Below are positions 49,201 to 60,739 of a DNA stretch of 64,000 bases, in pieces. Numbering within the stretch: position 1 is the first letter of the stretch; every line of letters starts with the position of its first letter. The notes below the pieces were generated by a model. That model was not told the DNA's origin. It did no database searches and saw only the letters and a program-made list of their open reading frames with translations. A program made the translations under genes and the position numbers. This DNA comes from Macrostomum lignano (lineage: Eukaryota). Location: assembly GCA_002269645.1 (NCBI GenBank), contig NIVC01001552.1, positions 186,001-250,000 of the forward strand. Direction: 5' to 3'.

Positions 49201-50624
49201 AAGAATAAAAAGGATGTTTTATAAGCTAAGATACTCCTTAGCAATGGTTGTTAAGATATTTCTAACCAAACCAAGTATTATTATTATTAATATTATTACT
49301 ATTTGAGAACAAATATAAAAGAACAAACAATGCCTAGCAACATTGAAATATGACAAAAAAGCAGCACAAATCATATATAGTCATATGTATGCTTATATAT
49401 AGATGATATCCCATTATAGCATACATTTTTATTTTGTGATTTTATTGTTTTGGCCAAAAACTTTAGAATGAATACAAGAAGTCAGCCATTAGAGATAGGC
49501 TTCTATTGCAGGTAGAAGTGATGTGGCCACTGCTCTTAGGCCAAGTGCAAAAAAGATACGGGTGTCTCTGACAGTATTAGGCAAGTTACTTTTTTAAGTA
49601 AATACTGTAAATTAAGTTACTACTTTAAAAAGTGAGTTTGGGAAATTCCATATAATTATGGTCATAACATGACAGACTTTTTTTACTTATAAAATGAAAT
49701 CTAATAATAGAATATACTAAACCAATATTTTGAATACAAGATTATTTTGTCAAGAAAATGTTTATATAGTTTATATAGATATCATCATTGGTATAGATGC
49801 TATTAAACCTTGAATGGCACTTATGGTTGTAACAACAGGATTTTTGACATATAGACACTAAAAGGTAAAATTATTGTAACACTTTTATTTTTGATATTTT
49901 GCAATACATTTTTAAAATTTGACTAAGAACATCTTCAGAAATCATACTCTATTATTAGAATATATAAACTCAAAAGGCAACAAAGATACAAAAGAAAGGC
50001 AGCCTTATGGTCGTAACATTATGATCATAACATATTTTTTTCTGTCAATTCAGTAACTTTGAGGTACCAATATACAAAAAATATAATTTTTAATTGCTTA
50101 GAAAAAATATATATTTGCTTAGAAAAATGTCCAAATTTTCACAAAAATGACTTTTTGCCAATTGATAACACACTAATCCAACATTTTACCATTCATTTAT
50201 TCTTAGATTGTATATATTATACATAAAAGAACATTTGGCAAAAAAATTGGCTTATAAGTCAATGGCAAGCAAAAATATTGACTTTTTTCTATTTTCCAAA
50301 TATGTCTATCTTATCTAGAATGAGCCATTTACATTAGCCTAGTAACTTTATACAAAAACCCAGTAACTTAAGTTATTGTCCATGACTCACTTTAATTACC
50401 TATATTATTAACAAAATTTTCATTGCCACTGTCCTCGAAATTAATAACAATAACAATTGATTCACTATTACCACATCTACCACAACCAGTGGCAGATGCA
50501 GACTCTTAACTTATCATTGACATTGTTGTTACCAAAGTTTGCCATTAGAATTTAGGATTAACCAATTACTGGACAGAGTTAGGAAATGGCAACACGACGT
50601 GTGGCAAGTAGACAGACCAATGGG

Positions 50625-50918
50625 CAATGCACAACCTCCAAAATTTGGTCAGCCATGCAACTTAGTTTTAACAAAAAATGCGACATAGTTTTTGGTCAAA
50701 AATGCAACTTACATGTAAAAGAAACCATAAGACAAAAATTAATGCAACCTTGGGTAAATGGCAGGAGTAACTATGACTGTCTTATTAAGGCAAATGCCTC
50801 ATTATCTACTTAGTACCACGTAGGTATTTATTTGGGTGGGCATTTTTGTGACTTACCTTGGTTGGCCACCAAATCAGTTTGCCGGATTGGCTGACTTGGC
50901 CAACTATTGTGCATGTAT
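50625..50918 (-). mobile_element. Decayed copy of the 22622-22921 MITE (inverted, most CpGs mutated)
   Basis: Colinear with the reverse complement of 22622-22921 over the whole length, e.g. GGCAGGAGTAACTATGACTG and ACTTAGTTTTAACAAAAA. Differences are dominated by CG to TG/CA changes. Confidence 0.9.
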
Positions 50919-51784
50919 AGCAATAGGCAATGGCAATCAATAATTAAAAATTAAAAATAATAAAATGAACAAAAAACAATAATTCAATATAAAGTAAAAT
51001 AAATAGAACTGTATAAAATGGTATAGTGCAGTGCAATGCAGTGCCAGTAGACTTGTGGAGGCTACAGAGAATTTCTTTCTTTGGTTGTTTGTTTGTACAA
51101 AATATATATAAAGTATATTTTTTATTAACTTGAAAACAAAAAGCAAAAATATTTTACTGAAATTAACAATTTTAAAACAAGTTTCAAGTATTTCTTTATT
51201 AATTAGAGCAGAATACCATACAATACTATTCACTTAATTTTGAATTTAGGAATGACAAGGCTAAAAATATGACAATTGGCATAATAGCTATATCAGTTTT
51301 GAATTTAAACATTGCAATTGTTACAAGGTAACTATATTGGACTTAACCAGACTTCCAAAATTTGAGTAACTCCATTACTCCATCACCAAAATAGGAAAAT
51401 AACTTGTGTAAAGAACACTTTACAAAAAAGTAACTTGCATTACCATTTGCAAGTTACTTGATAATAGAAGTGCCCAACACTGGTCTCTAGTAAGTTAGGT
51501 GATTGCAGAATTTGATGGGCACAGGTAGTACAGTAAATTCACTACAGTGACATAACATAAGCATCTATGCCTTCTAGAAAAAACTTGCTAGTCCAAGCCA
51601 AAAATGCAACAAGTAAGCGTGAGCATCAACTACTTGGCTGGCTTGCGCATTAGGTTCTAGTGAGTCAATGTGTCCTGCCGTGGCCAAACCCTATCCATTC
51701 CAACCCTTCTTTCACTTCACTAGGAAAACTGACCCTGGCAAGTGCTGAAGAGCTGAGCATAAGCCAAGGTGTTTGACATTGCAC

Positions 51785-51990
51785 CTCTCCAAACTTGTTA
51801 TATAGTGCCCTATGAAATGGGTCATTTAGGACAAGTGCACAAATACTATTCTTTGGAATCCCTCTATATTTCCAATGCTGACTTTGTTGGGGCACATCAC
51901 CAAGGAGCGCTTCTAAAATGCTGACTTTATTTGCTTTTGGGATACAGTCTGTTCCATGTCTAGTAGGTTATAAAGATCTGACACTGCAAT
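51785..51990 (-). pseudogene. J-domain (DnaJ/Hsp40) coding relic
   Basis: The minus strand reads SDLYNLLDMEQTVSQKQIKSAF*KRSLVMCPNKVSIGNIEGFQRIVFVH, then after a frameshift VLNDPFHRALYNKFGE. This is the J-domain pattern (DLY..L.....S...IK.AF...S...HPDK...FQ.I....VL.DP..RA.YD.FGE) with a stop, a broken HPD and a frameshift. Confidence 0.72.
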
Positions 51991-53603
51991 GGCCAGCCAA
52001 TTTGGTATAGGAACTCTAGAGTAACTTTGTCACTAACTAATGTGTATAGTAACCAAGGTTCAAATCCTGGTCACAGCACCAGTGTCATGCTAATGGCCAG
52101 ATTGCAACTCTAGTTATCTCAGTAGATAAGCTGAAGATGGTGTCAGTCAATTGGCCAGACTGACTGCAGACTCTAAGTGAAGGATTGCATCAGGAGACTT
52201 GATCAGCCCATCTCGACAGCACAAATTAAACCCAGCCAGTCCCTCAAATGATAAAGACATGCAACTCACTCTCTTATCTTCTTGCAACAGTGATGGCAGT
52301 AGCAAAGGGGTGGCTTCTCTCAACTTCTGGCAATAATTCTAGGCAAAGGCTGGCTTCTGATAAGTTCGATTTTGGTTATAACAGAGCTTGTAGCTGCATA
52401 TAGATTGATACAAAAAGAATAGCCTCCTCTACCACCTGCATATATTTATATTTATGCTAGCTGGTTAAGCCCTGGGGTATCACTATCCCAGGCCCAGCAA
52501 GCCAAAGTTAAGAGTCTTAACTGTTAAAAAGCATGCCGGGGTTGCAATTGGAAGAAAAAAGTACACATTAGACCGCTAGCAATTGCAGGCTTATAATTTG
52601 ACTTAGCTGATTTCAGTAAAGTGAAGTAGGAGAAAACATATACTATATTTATTATAATAAGTAGAATACCAAAGTCAGAAGAAAATGAAAATAGATCTTA
52701 GAGAATATACCTCCATGTATACTTGCCATGATCCTCTAATCTTAAAACAACAAGACTAGAAGAGATTTACATGCAATATATATAATACTAGTAACAGTTA
52801 CATACTTATTGCTTAGGCCTACTAAGAATGCTACAATACAGAAAAAAGAATACTAACAATATAAATATAAAATAAGTATGCCACCAGCAAGTAAGAAGTA
52901 AGAAATATTGTGACAATATCCAGATATTTATTCAGACTTTTACTTAGATTGATTCTGAGATCAATATAAAGACTTATTACTTAGATCTATTCTAAGAGTT
53001 ACAACTTGATGACAATATTTGTGGTATTAGAAGTGGAATTTCATAGGATAGGACAAAGAGCCCTATGATATATAAATAAGTCAAATTTTTGTTGTCTAAA
53101 AATAATGTTGTACTAGAAAAGTGCAATGCAAATAATGCTTTCTTATGTTTCAATCATGTTTTCTATGATTTTTAAATTGACAAGTATTTTGAAAATGTTA
53201 TCATTGGTATTATTATTATTGTTGCTTACTACTATTGTTTGCAAATTATGGCACTAAAGCAATTATTGTATTTAAAATATTGTTGCTTTATTGTTGGCAT
53301 GTATTAATTTTGTAAACAACTATTATCTATCCCATGGTGTATGGCTCAAGTGTTTATAGCAGAAAAGAGGATAGCTTTGTTTGGCACACAAAGGACTGTC
53401 TACCACAAATTGACCTTTAGCCACAATAAATATTGCTACTCATTTTAGCTTATCTATGCAAATTAGGCTGTAAAATGTTGGATATTGTAATAAAACTATA
53501 ATAATAAGTATTTAAATTTAACTTTTCAAGACACAAATAGTATTCTTTTGGTAAATTCATGATTAATTTTCTAACAAAAAACAAGTAATACTAGACTAAC
53601 AAT

Positions 53604-56600
53604 ATGGCTGGAGCTTGTGATAGAACTGAACCAGTGTTTAGCATGGGTGCCGGAACCCTCTCCGTGCCTATGACTCTGCATGCCCAAAATCGACGTAGAC
53701 TGTGCGAGCGGCTTCGTACCGACGCAGCTGCCGCCGCCGCCCAGGCATTGTGCTGCTTCAAGGCGAAACTGAACTGCCTAGAAATGGCACCGATGTTACT
53801 TATAATTTCCATCAGGATTCGTTTTTTCATTGGGCATTCGGAGTGCTGGAACCAGACTGTTATGGCGCCATTGATGTGGCCACTGGTCGTAGCTACATAT
53901 TCATGCCCCGGCTGCCTGATGAATATGCTATCTGGATGGGCAGGCTGCAGACGACTGAAGATTTTCGGCGAAAGTACGCCGTTGATGAGGTGAGAATTAA
54001 TTAGCGATTAGAGATCTGCTTGGAGTCTGGGACTGCAATCAGGTTTTACTTACCCTTCTATCTACCCCTCTCACTTCTGTTTCTTGTTTCTTTCATTCTT
54101 CTCCATGGATACTGATAAAAGTATTTTTTTATTGAAAGTGAAATTCTGTTGCAGTTGCCAAGGCATTTCTAACAGGCCCATATTCTGCATCGATTTGAGA
54201 TATAGACAAAACTTTCATCATCCGACTCTAACCGACATTCTACTCGTATGTGTGGAAGCGAGCCAAGAACAAGGACCACTAGAAGAAGAAAGACGGGACA
54301 CTTTGTTTCTTGGAAAATTTATTAAAGGCTGATTTTCACGGAAAAATGCACTAGCGAGATAGAAACTTTTCACTTTAAAATGGTGATAGCTTTTTATTGG
54401 AAGCAGATACAAAGCTCTTCTTTTGATATAACTTACAAAACATGTTGCGTTGCTTTAAAAAAACAGTGTTTTTTAGGATCTGTAAGGACCCAATTACCCT
54501 TTACCTCTCTTCTTTCTGCCCTTTTTCTCCTCTTTCTAATTCTCTATTTAGGCTTACCCTTTTCTCATGTAACCTTATCATGTTACCTTTCTCATGTTAC
54601 AGTCCTCTCCGCTTCTCTTACTGTAACCATTTTCGACTCGTGAGATCTAAGCTACCGTTTATTATTTGATCAATTTCTCTGCTCTTAGTGGACATCTGGT
54701 TTGATTTGGTAGTTCGCCCTAATTATAGTACAATTAAGATTAGAGATTGAAGAATTGAGACAGCAATCCGAGGAGATTTATTCTTTCGAAAGATTTAGAA
54801 CAAACAGAAAACAATACAAGCATGCAATAGGTTTTAATAGGTTTCTAAGTATTAGACACTTATTAAACGTGCAAAAGTATTTAATTAGGCATGACCACTG
54901 TTAACAGTATTACGTTTCCTTAATCCCATTATTACTTTAAGTTTTCGTAGTCTGACTATTTTAACAAACTACGATACCTAAATCCACCCTAAAAACTAAA
55001 ATTATTCTAACGGAACCCAGCTTCTCTCTACTAGTAGAGAAACTCCCAAGCTCCCTGTCTATCCCCATCGCTAACATTTCCTAAGCCTGAACTACTATTA
55101 GTAGGTTAAAAGCATATCTACTCTATTACAATTATTAGAAAATGTCACAAGCATTTATTATTACTGTTACTCAGGTGCACTACGTAGACGAGATACCCAA
55201 AGTGCTGGCCAGCCTAGGCCAGGCCTCCGCGCCTCCAACTCTGCTAACCCTATCCGGCGTGAACTCGGACAGTCGCCTGCGAACTCGCGAGGCCGCGTTC
55301 GATGGTATTGGCGAATTCCCAGTCGATCGGGAACGCCTCTACGAAGCCATCTGCGAGTGTAGAGTGATTAAAACTGACTTAGAATTGGAGGTGCTGCGCT
55401 ATTCGAATCGGGTCAGTAGCGAAGCTCATCGTCGCGTAATGCGAGCGGTTCGACCCGGCTGGCGGGAGTACCAGGCCGAGTCGACATTTCAACACTACTG
55501 CTATCACACTGGCGGCATGAGGCACGTGGCTTACACCTGCATTGGCGCTTCCGGCTGCAACTGCGCCGTGCTGCACTATGGCCACGCTGGAGCGCCAAAT
55601 GAACGGCTTATTAACAATGGCGATATGTGCCTGTTTGATATGGGCGGCGAGTACTATGGCTATGCCAGCGATATCACCTGTAGCTTCCCGGTGAATGGCA
55701 AGTTCACGCCTAATCAACGGCTGGTATACGAGGTAAGAACGGGTTTTACAAGAGTTCAGCAAGACACTTCACTCTGCATTGCTTCAGTTCACCCAGCTGT
55801 AAAATGGGTGCCAGCATTAGCTGGGGTAATTGAGGGTGTGTGGCGACCCCCCAGTCCTTGGACTTAACAGCCGTACGCAGCCTTCAGGCGCGCCGCGCAA
55901 TAGCTGCGGCTGAGCTGTCGGTTGCACATCTGGCACAATGTGGGAGGTTTAATCAATTATTATTATTATTACTATTAATACTACTATATGAATTGTCTGT
56001 AGAATGTAAATATGTGGTCTGCATATTTCTTCAACATCTGTGAGTAAGAAAGGCTTAATAATGTAAAGGATAGGGTAGAGATTTGTTTCAAGAGTTTAGA
56101 CCTAGGATGCTAAATATCACAGTGATTTTTGCGTATCAGCAATCAAGGACGATCTAAGTAGGAGATGCGTAAAATCGTTTTTTAGAATATTTTACAGATT
56201 TTTTCATTGAAACCAGATTGTAAGCTCATCGCTTTGCATGACATGTCTGTCATTGCAATCCATCATTAGTTTCTGCAAACCTTTGTTTTTAGAAACTAAA
56301 AAAGGATCTAACTATTTTTTTATTACGTAAGCTTAAATAAATGTAATCAACAAAAATAGTTAAGAGTAAACATATTCTTTAAATTACCTAATATTTACCC
56401 CGAGATTCTAAACGATGCAACAGTCAGAGCTGCTATGCTATGTCGCCTCTTAATTTGCGTTTTTGCTCCCCCCTTTGTAAACTAACTTAACTGATAATTT
56501 AAATTAACTTACTCAAGCCTTGGATTCAGAACTGAAAGATAAAAAATCATTTGTGTATGTATGCGCACCGCTGATAGCATAGCGCGCCCTTGCTTTACTA

Positions 56601-59600
56601 TGTATAGATTCAGAGCTATAGAAAAAGCAAAACTGTTCTCACACAACGCTAACTTGGTTAACTTACATGCATTGTCAACATTCAAGCATAGCTGTGTAGT
56701 GGCGCCATTGTGTTTCCCTGACAGTTTGGTAGCAGTAAATCTTGCCTATAGGGCCGTGAGAAAATTAGGAATAGGAAAAAACTGAAGAATGGAGTAATCG
56801 GTTTCCCTGCTGCTCAACCTGAACTCTTTTTGTGTAAAGCTATTTTGCTCATTAACCTGCTGATGACAGTCTTGAAAGGTTGACTACATTTGTTACTTGT
56901 CACCTTTGTTTGAGTTTGCAAAAGTCGGCCTAGAGACAGGCAATGCGTCATTCAAAATCTTTCATCGAGTTTTTTTCTCTTGAGGCTGACAGAATCGTAG
57001 CTACAGCATACAGAAGCAGGTGCGCAAAATCTCACAGATGTTTTTGCAAAAGAAATCCCCTCCGCTTCAGAAAAGCGTCGTCTTTGCAAACTGTCAATTT
57101 CTCGTAAAAAAAGAGGGAAGACAAAAGCTTTTTGTCAGCACGCTATTGTTTCTATGGTGCGGCGGTCCAGGTTCGATGTCCATATATTGTCAACGGTAAC
57201 GAGACCGTTAGAAATGAAAAAATAATAGCCTTTATTCGTATAGCTAAGCATTTCAAGCTACGCCATATCGAAACTTCTAAGCTGAGAATAAATCCTATTT
57301 ATTGAAACCTTGTCGTCCGATCCTCTGCGGCTAACCAGAAATGCGCTTGTAAGTTTTCGTTCTGTTAGCGCAGTCAGATGCGTCTTTCTTGAAACTTGCA
57401 ACGATGTTCAATCATGCAAAGATGGCAATTTTTGAATGCTTTTTTTTCAGACTAGTTACCAGCCTCATCTGCGTGTCCGTATTGACACCAGTATTGATAG
57501 TTGTTGCTAGTGCTTGTGACAGCGTATTGAAAGTGAAATTTCACGAAACAATCGGAGTAGATTGTGTGCATTCTAACTTCACAAGGATTGTGTGGGGCTC
57601 CTGCGATCCGGCGGCTTGCAGTTTTCACTGCGCTAAGCTGCACAACTGCCAGGCCTTCACGCTGTATCGTGATAGTAGCACCTGTCTGTGCAAGCTGTTC
57701 CTGTTTGATAGGTGCAGTCACCGTGTGCAGTCTGAGACCAACTGCTCACGCCAAGTGGCTGTGTACGTGAGGTCTCTACCCAACATGCCACTCGGTCGCT
57801 TGTGCCCACCCGGATACAAGTTCACTCGATTTGGCACCGCCTATAAAGTTTTACCGATTGAAGCGAATAGTTGGACTGAGGCGAAATTGAATTGTGAACA
57901 AGATGGCGAACTGGCTAAATTTGCTGACATTTTTTATGTTGATGAAGCTGAATACTTAAGGTCGATACTAAACTTAGCGAACCACTCGTCGGATCGTTAT
58001 TACGTCGGTGACTACCAATTGTCTACCTACACCAGTGTCACTGATGGGTGGATCTGGAGCGCCTGCAATGTGAGCTTTCAATCCGAGGTTTGGAAGTCAG
58101 ACAGGCCAGAAGAAGGCCTTACTGAGGATAAAGGCTGCGTTCAAATGTCTTCGTCGTCAGATATTGGTGTTGACGATACAGCCTGCAACAGAAGAAAGCG
58201 ATTTATCTGCGAGTGTCAGAGCGTTTTCTAAGACGGCTTTAAAACATTTTCAATACTGAAAATTGATATTTAAAATACAACTCACTGCTGATAAAAGAAG
58301 TCAAACAATTAAGATTTGTTTAAATATATTTAGAAAGAAGTCGTGAAAACTTAAAGGCATAAGTTTCTGGACATGATTTATGAATATCGAATTTTTATTG
58401 TTTGTCCAATTGTGTGGCAAAAATCGGGTCATTTTTGGAAGCAAGACCTTATAATAATAATAATTGATTACACCAGCCCTAATGGGAAGAAGATGTGCAA
58501 CCGACAGCTCAGCCGCAGCGAATCTGAAGGCTGCGTACGGCTGTTCAGTCCAAGGACTTAAAGGTCGCCACACGCACCCTCAATTACCCCAGCTAATGCT
58601 GGCACCCATTTTACAGCTGGGTGAACTGCTTACTGCTCAAAGACAAAAATGATTCCGAATTGGTCGTTAATCGGGAATCGAACCCCCGACCTCTCAGTCG
58701 CCAGCCTGACGCTCTAATCTAACTACAACACCCTTACATTGAGTACAAAATACGCATAAATACTGAATTATAAATCTACTTGTTTCTTTTACTTTATGAA
58801 GCTACTGCAGAGCTTAGGATTTTTTAACTCAATTTTTCTCTCGTTACCCCCAGGCCGTGCTGGACGCTAATCGAGCCGTTTTAGCGGCTTTCCGACCCGG
58901 CGCCTCTTGGCCAGATCTGCATCTGTTGTCCTTGCGCATCATTCTACGCCATCTAATTGAAATGGGCATCTTGAAAGGCGATCTGGACGAGATGATGGCC
59001 GTCAAATTGGGCGCCGTGTTTATGCCGCACGGGCTCGGCCATCTGATGGGGCTGGATGTTCACGATGTGGGCGGCTATCCGAACGGCGGCTCAAGATCGA
59101 CGGATCCGAATTTAAGGTCGCTGAGAACTTTACGCACCCTAGAGGCCGGAATGGTGCTGACGATTGAGCCGGGACTCTACTTTCAGGTACGTCTGATTAG
59201 CGCTCAGTCTTGAAATGTAAAGCTTTCATACATTCATACCTACTTTCATACCTATAGTTAAAAGCTGCACTGATCCTTGAATCTAGATAGCTCATGGAAG
59301 TTGTACTAAGTTGAAGCTCACTCTTTACATCAAGGACCAGATAAAAAATCCATCTCATGGCTGCGGGGCCAAATGAGATTGGAAAATAGATGGAATAGAT
59401 AAGCTATGAGAGAAGTGATGAGAGGCGAGAGATGGGATGAGAAAAATATCGAAAAGAGGAGAGAAGAGGGGAGAAAGTGGAGAGGGAAGGAAAGAGAGGA
59501 GATAGAGTAGAGAGGAGAGGAGGAAAAGGAGAGGGAAGAGGAGGAAAAGGAGAGGGAAGAGGAGAGGAGAGCGAGAGAGAAAAGAGAGGAGAAAGAGAAA

Positions 59601-60739
59601 AAAGAGAAGAGAGAAAAGAGAAAGGAGAGAGAAGAGAGGAGAGCTAGAGACGAGAAAAAGAGAGTAGAGAGAGTAGAGAAGTGGCGAGAAAGAGGAGGAG
59701 AGAGAGGCGAGGAGAGAGAAGACAGGAAAGCAGAAAGACGAGAAAAGAGAGAGGGGAGCGAGAGAGTAGATGAGAGGCGAGAGAGGGGAGAAAAGAGAGG
59801 AGAGGAGAGAAGGGGAGAGAGGATAGGAAAGGAGAGAAAGAAGAGGAGAGGAGAAAAGAGAGAAAAAGGAGGGAGATGGGAGAGAACAGAGGGAAAGGAG
59901 GGAGAGGAGATAGAAGAGAGGAAAAGGAGGGAGAAGGGAGAGAAGAGAGGGAAAGGAGGGAGAGGGGAGAGAAGAGAGGGAAAGGAGGGAGAGGGGAGAG
60001 AAGAGAGGGAAAGGAGGGAGAAGGGAAAGAAGAGAGGGAAAGGAGGGAGGGGAGAGAAGAGAGGGAAAGGAGGGAGAGGGGAGAGAAGAGAGGGAAAGGA
60101 GGGAGAGGGGAGAGAAGAGAGGGAAAGGAGGGAGAAGGGAAAGAAGAGAGGGAAAGGAGGGAGAGGAGAGAAGAGAGGGAAAGGAGGGAGAAGGGAAAGA
60201 AGAGAGGGAAAGGAGGGAGAGGAGAGAAGAGAGGGAAAGGAGGGAGAGGGGAGAGAAGAGAGAGAGCTGAAAAGAGACAGAAAATGTTGTGTAGTTTTAA
60301 AGGACCCGGGCGCTGAATTAAAAAGGCTTTGTAAGCCGCATTCGGCCTGTGAGCCGGAGTGACCCCTACTCTAGAAATCCCTAGATTTTTTAATTCGTGA
60401 TGCCAAAGTTCAAAGCTCTTGAAATTCTAGATCCAGCTTACAATTGACCTTTTTAATTATTTACATACATTTATTATAATTAATTGTCAACGCCATGCCT
60501 CGCTAAACCCTCAGGACGCCCTGCTCGACCGAGCCCTGGCCAATCCCGAGCAGGCTCGATTCTTCAATGTCGATCGACTGGCTGAATTCCGCGGCACCGG
60601 CGGCGTCCGAATCGAAGACGACGTTGTGGTCACGGCCGACGGCGCCGAACTGATGACCGACGTGCCTCGAACCGTTGACGAAATCGAAGCTTTCATGGCC
60701 GGCCGGGAGGCTGATTCCGCTGGCAAGCCGGCGCCTTAG
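53604..60739 (+). CDS. PEPD: Xaa-Pro dipeptidase (prolidase), ~500 aa (exons 53604-53989, 55175-55732, 58854-59186, 60515-60739); apparent 1-nt frameshift at ~53740
   Basis: [116 protein letters not shown] and [12 protein letters not shown] match eukaryotic prolidase with its metal ligands. All three introns are phase-0 GT-AG. Confidence 0.96.
55755..55985 (+). mobile_element. SINE copy 1 (5'-truncated, (ATT)n tail) in PEPD intron 2
   Basis: CAGTTCACCCAGCTGTAAAATGGGTGCCAGCATTAGCTGGGGTAATTGAGGG...GCTGCGGCTGAGCTGTCGGTTGCACATC...AATCAATTATTATT is shared with the copy at 58450-58733. The CACCCAGCTGTAAAATGGG block resembles CORE-type SINE central domains. Confidence 0.85.
57404..58231 (+). CDS. 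Intronless secreted PAN/apple + C-type lectin domain protein, ~275 aa, nested in PEPD intron 2
   Basis: N-terminal hydrophobic signal. Apple-like Cys spacing ([17 protein letters not shown]...CKL). CTL domain LCPPGY...[10 protein letters not shown]...YYVG...WIWS...W..D.P...GCV...[14 protein letters not shown]. Long uninterrupted ORF. Confidence 0.85.
   Translation: MFNHAKMAIFECFFFRLVTSLICVSVLTPVLIVVASACDSVLKVKFHETIGVDCVHSNFTRIVWGSCDPAACSFHCAKLHNCQAFTLYRDSSTCLCKLFLFDRCSHRVQSETNCSRQVAVYVRSLPNMPLGRLCPPGYKFTRFGTAYKVLPIEANSWTEAKLNCEQDGELAKFADIFYVDEAEYLRSILNLANHSSDRYYVGDYQLSTYTSVTDGWIWSACNVSFQSEVWKSDRPEEGLTEDKGCVQMSSSSDIGVDDTACNRRKRFICECQSVF
58450..58733 (-). mobile_element. SINE copy 2 with tRNA-like head
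   Basis: Minus-strand head GGTGTTGTAGTTAGATTAGAGCGTCAGGCTGGCGACTGAGAGGTCGGGGGTTCGATTCCCG, with B-box GGTTCGATTCC (58684-58674). It has the same body as 55785-55970 and an (ATT)n tail. Confidence 0.85.
59400..60270. repeat. Purine-only GA-rich low-complexity tract and ~29-bp minisatellite in PEPD intron 3
   Basis: The + strand is almost exclusively A/G, with unit GAGAGAAGAGAGGGAAAGGAGGGAGAGGG on the right side. Confidence 0.95.

Noticed and set aside
52040-52085. tRNA-like GGTTCAAATCC element
   Set aside because: Only a decayed B-box-like word with no recoverable cloverleaf; probably an old SINE fragment.
58660-58733. tRNA gene
   Set aside because: It has a B-box but no canonical 5-bp stem/7-nt anticodon loop, and it continues into a repeated body with an (ATT)n tail, so it is a SINE head.
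59876-60316. 146-aa R/E/G/K-rich ORF
   Set aside because: Translation of the purine-only intronic repeat.
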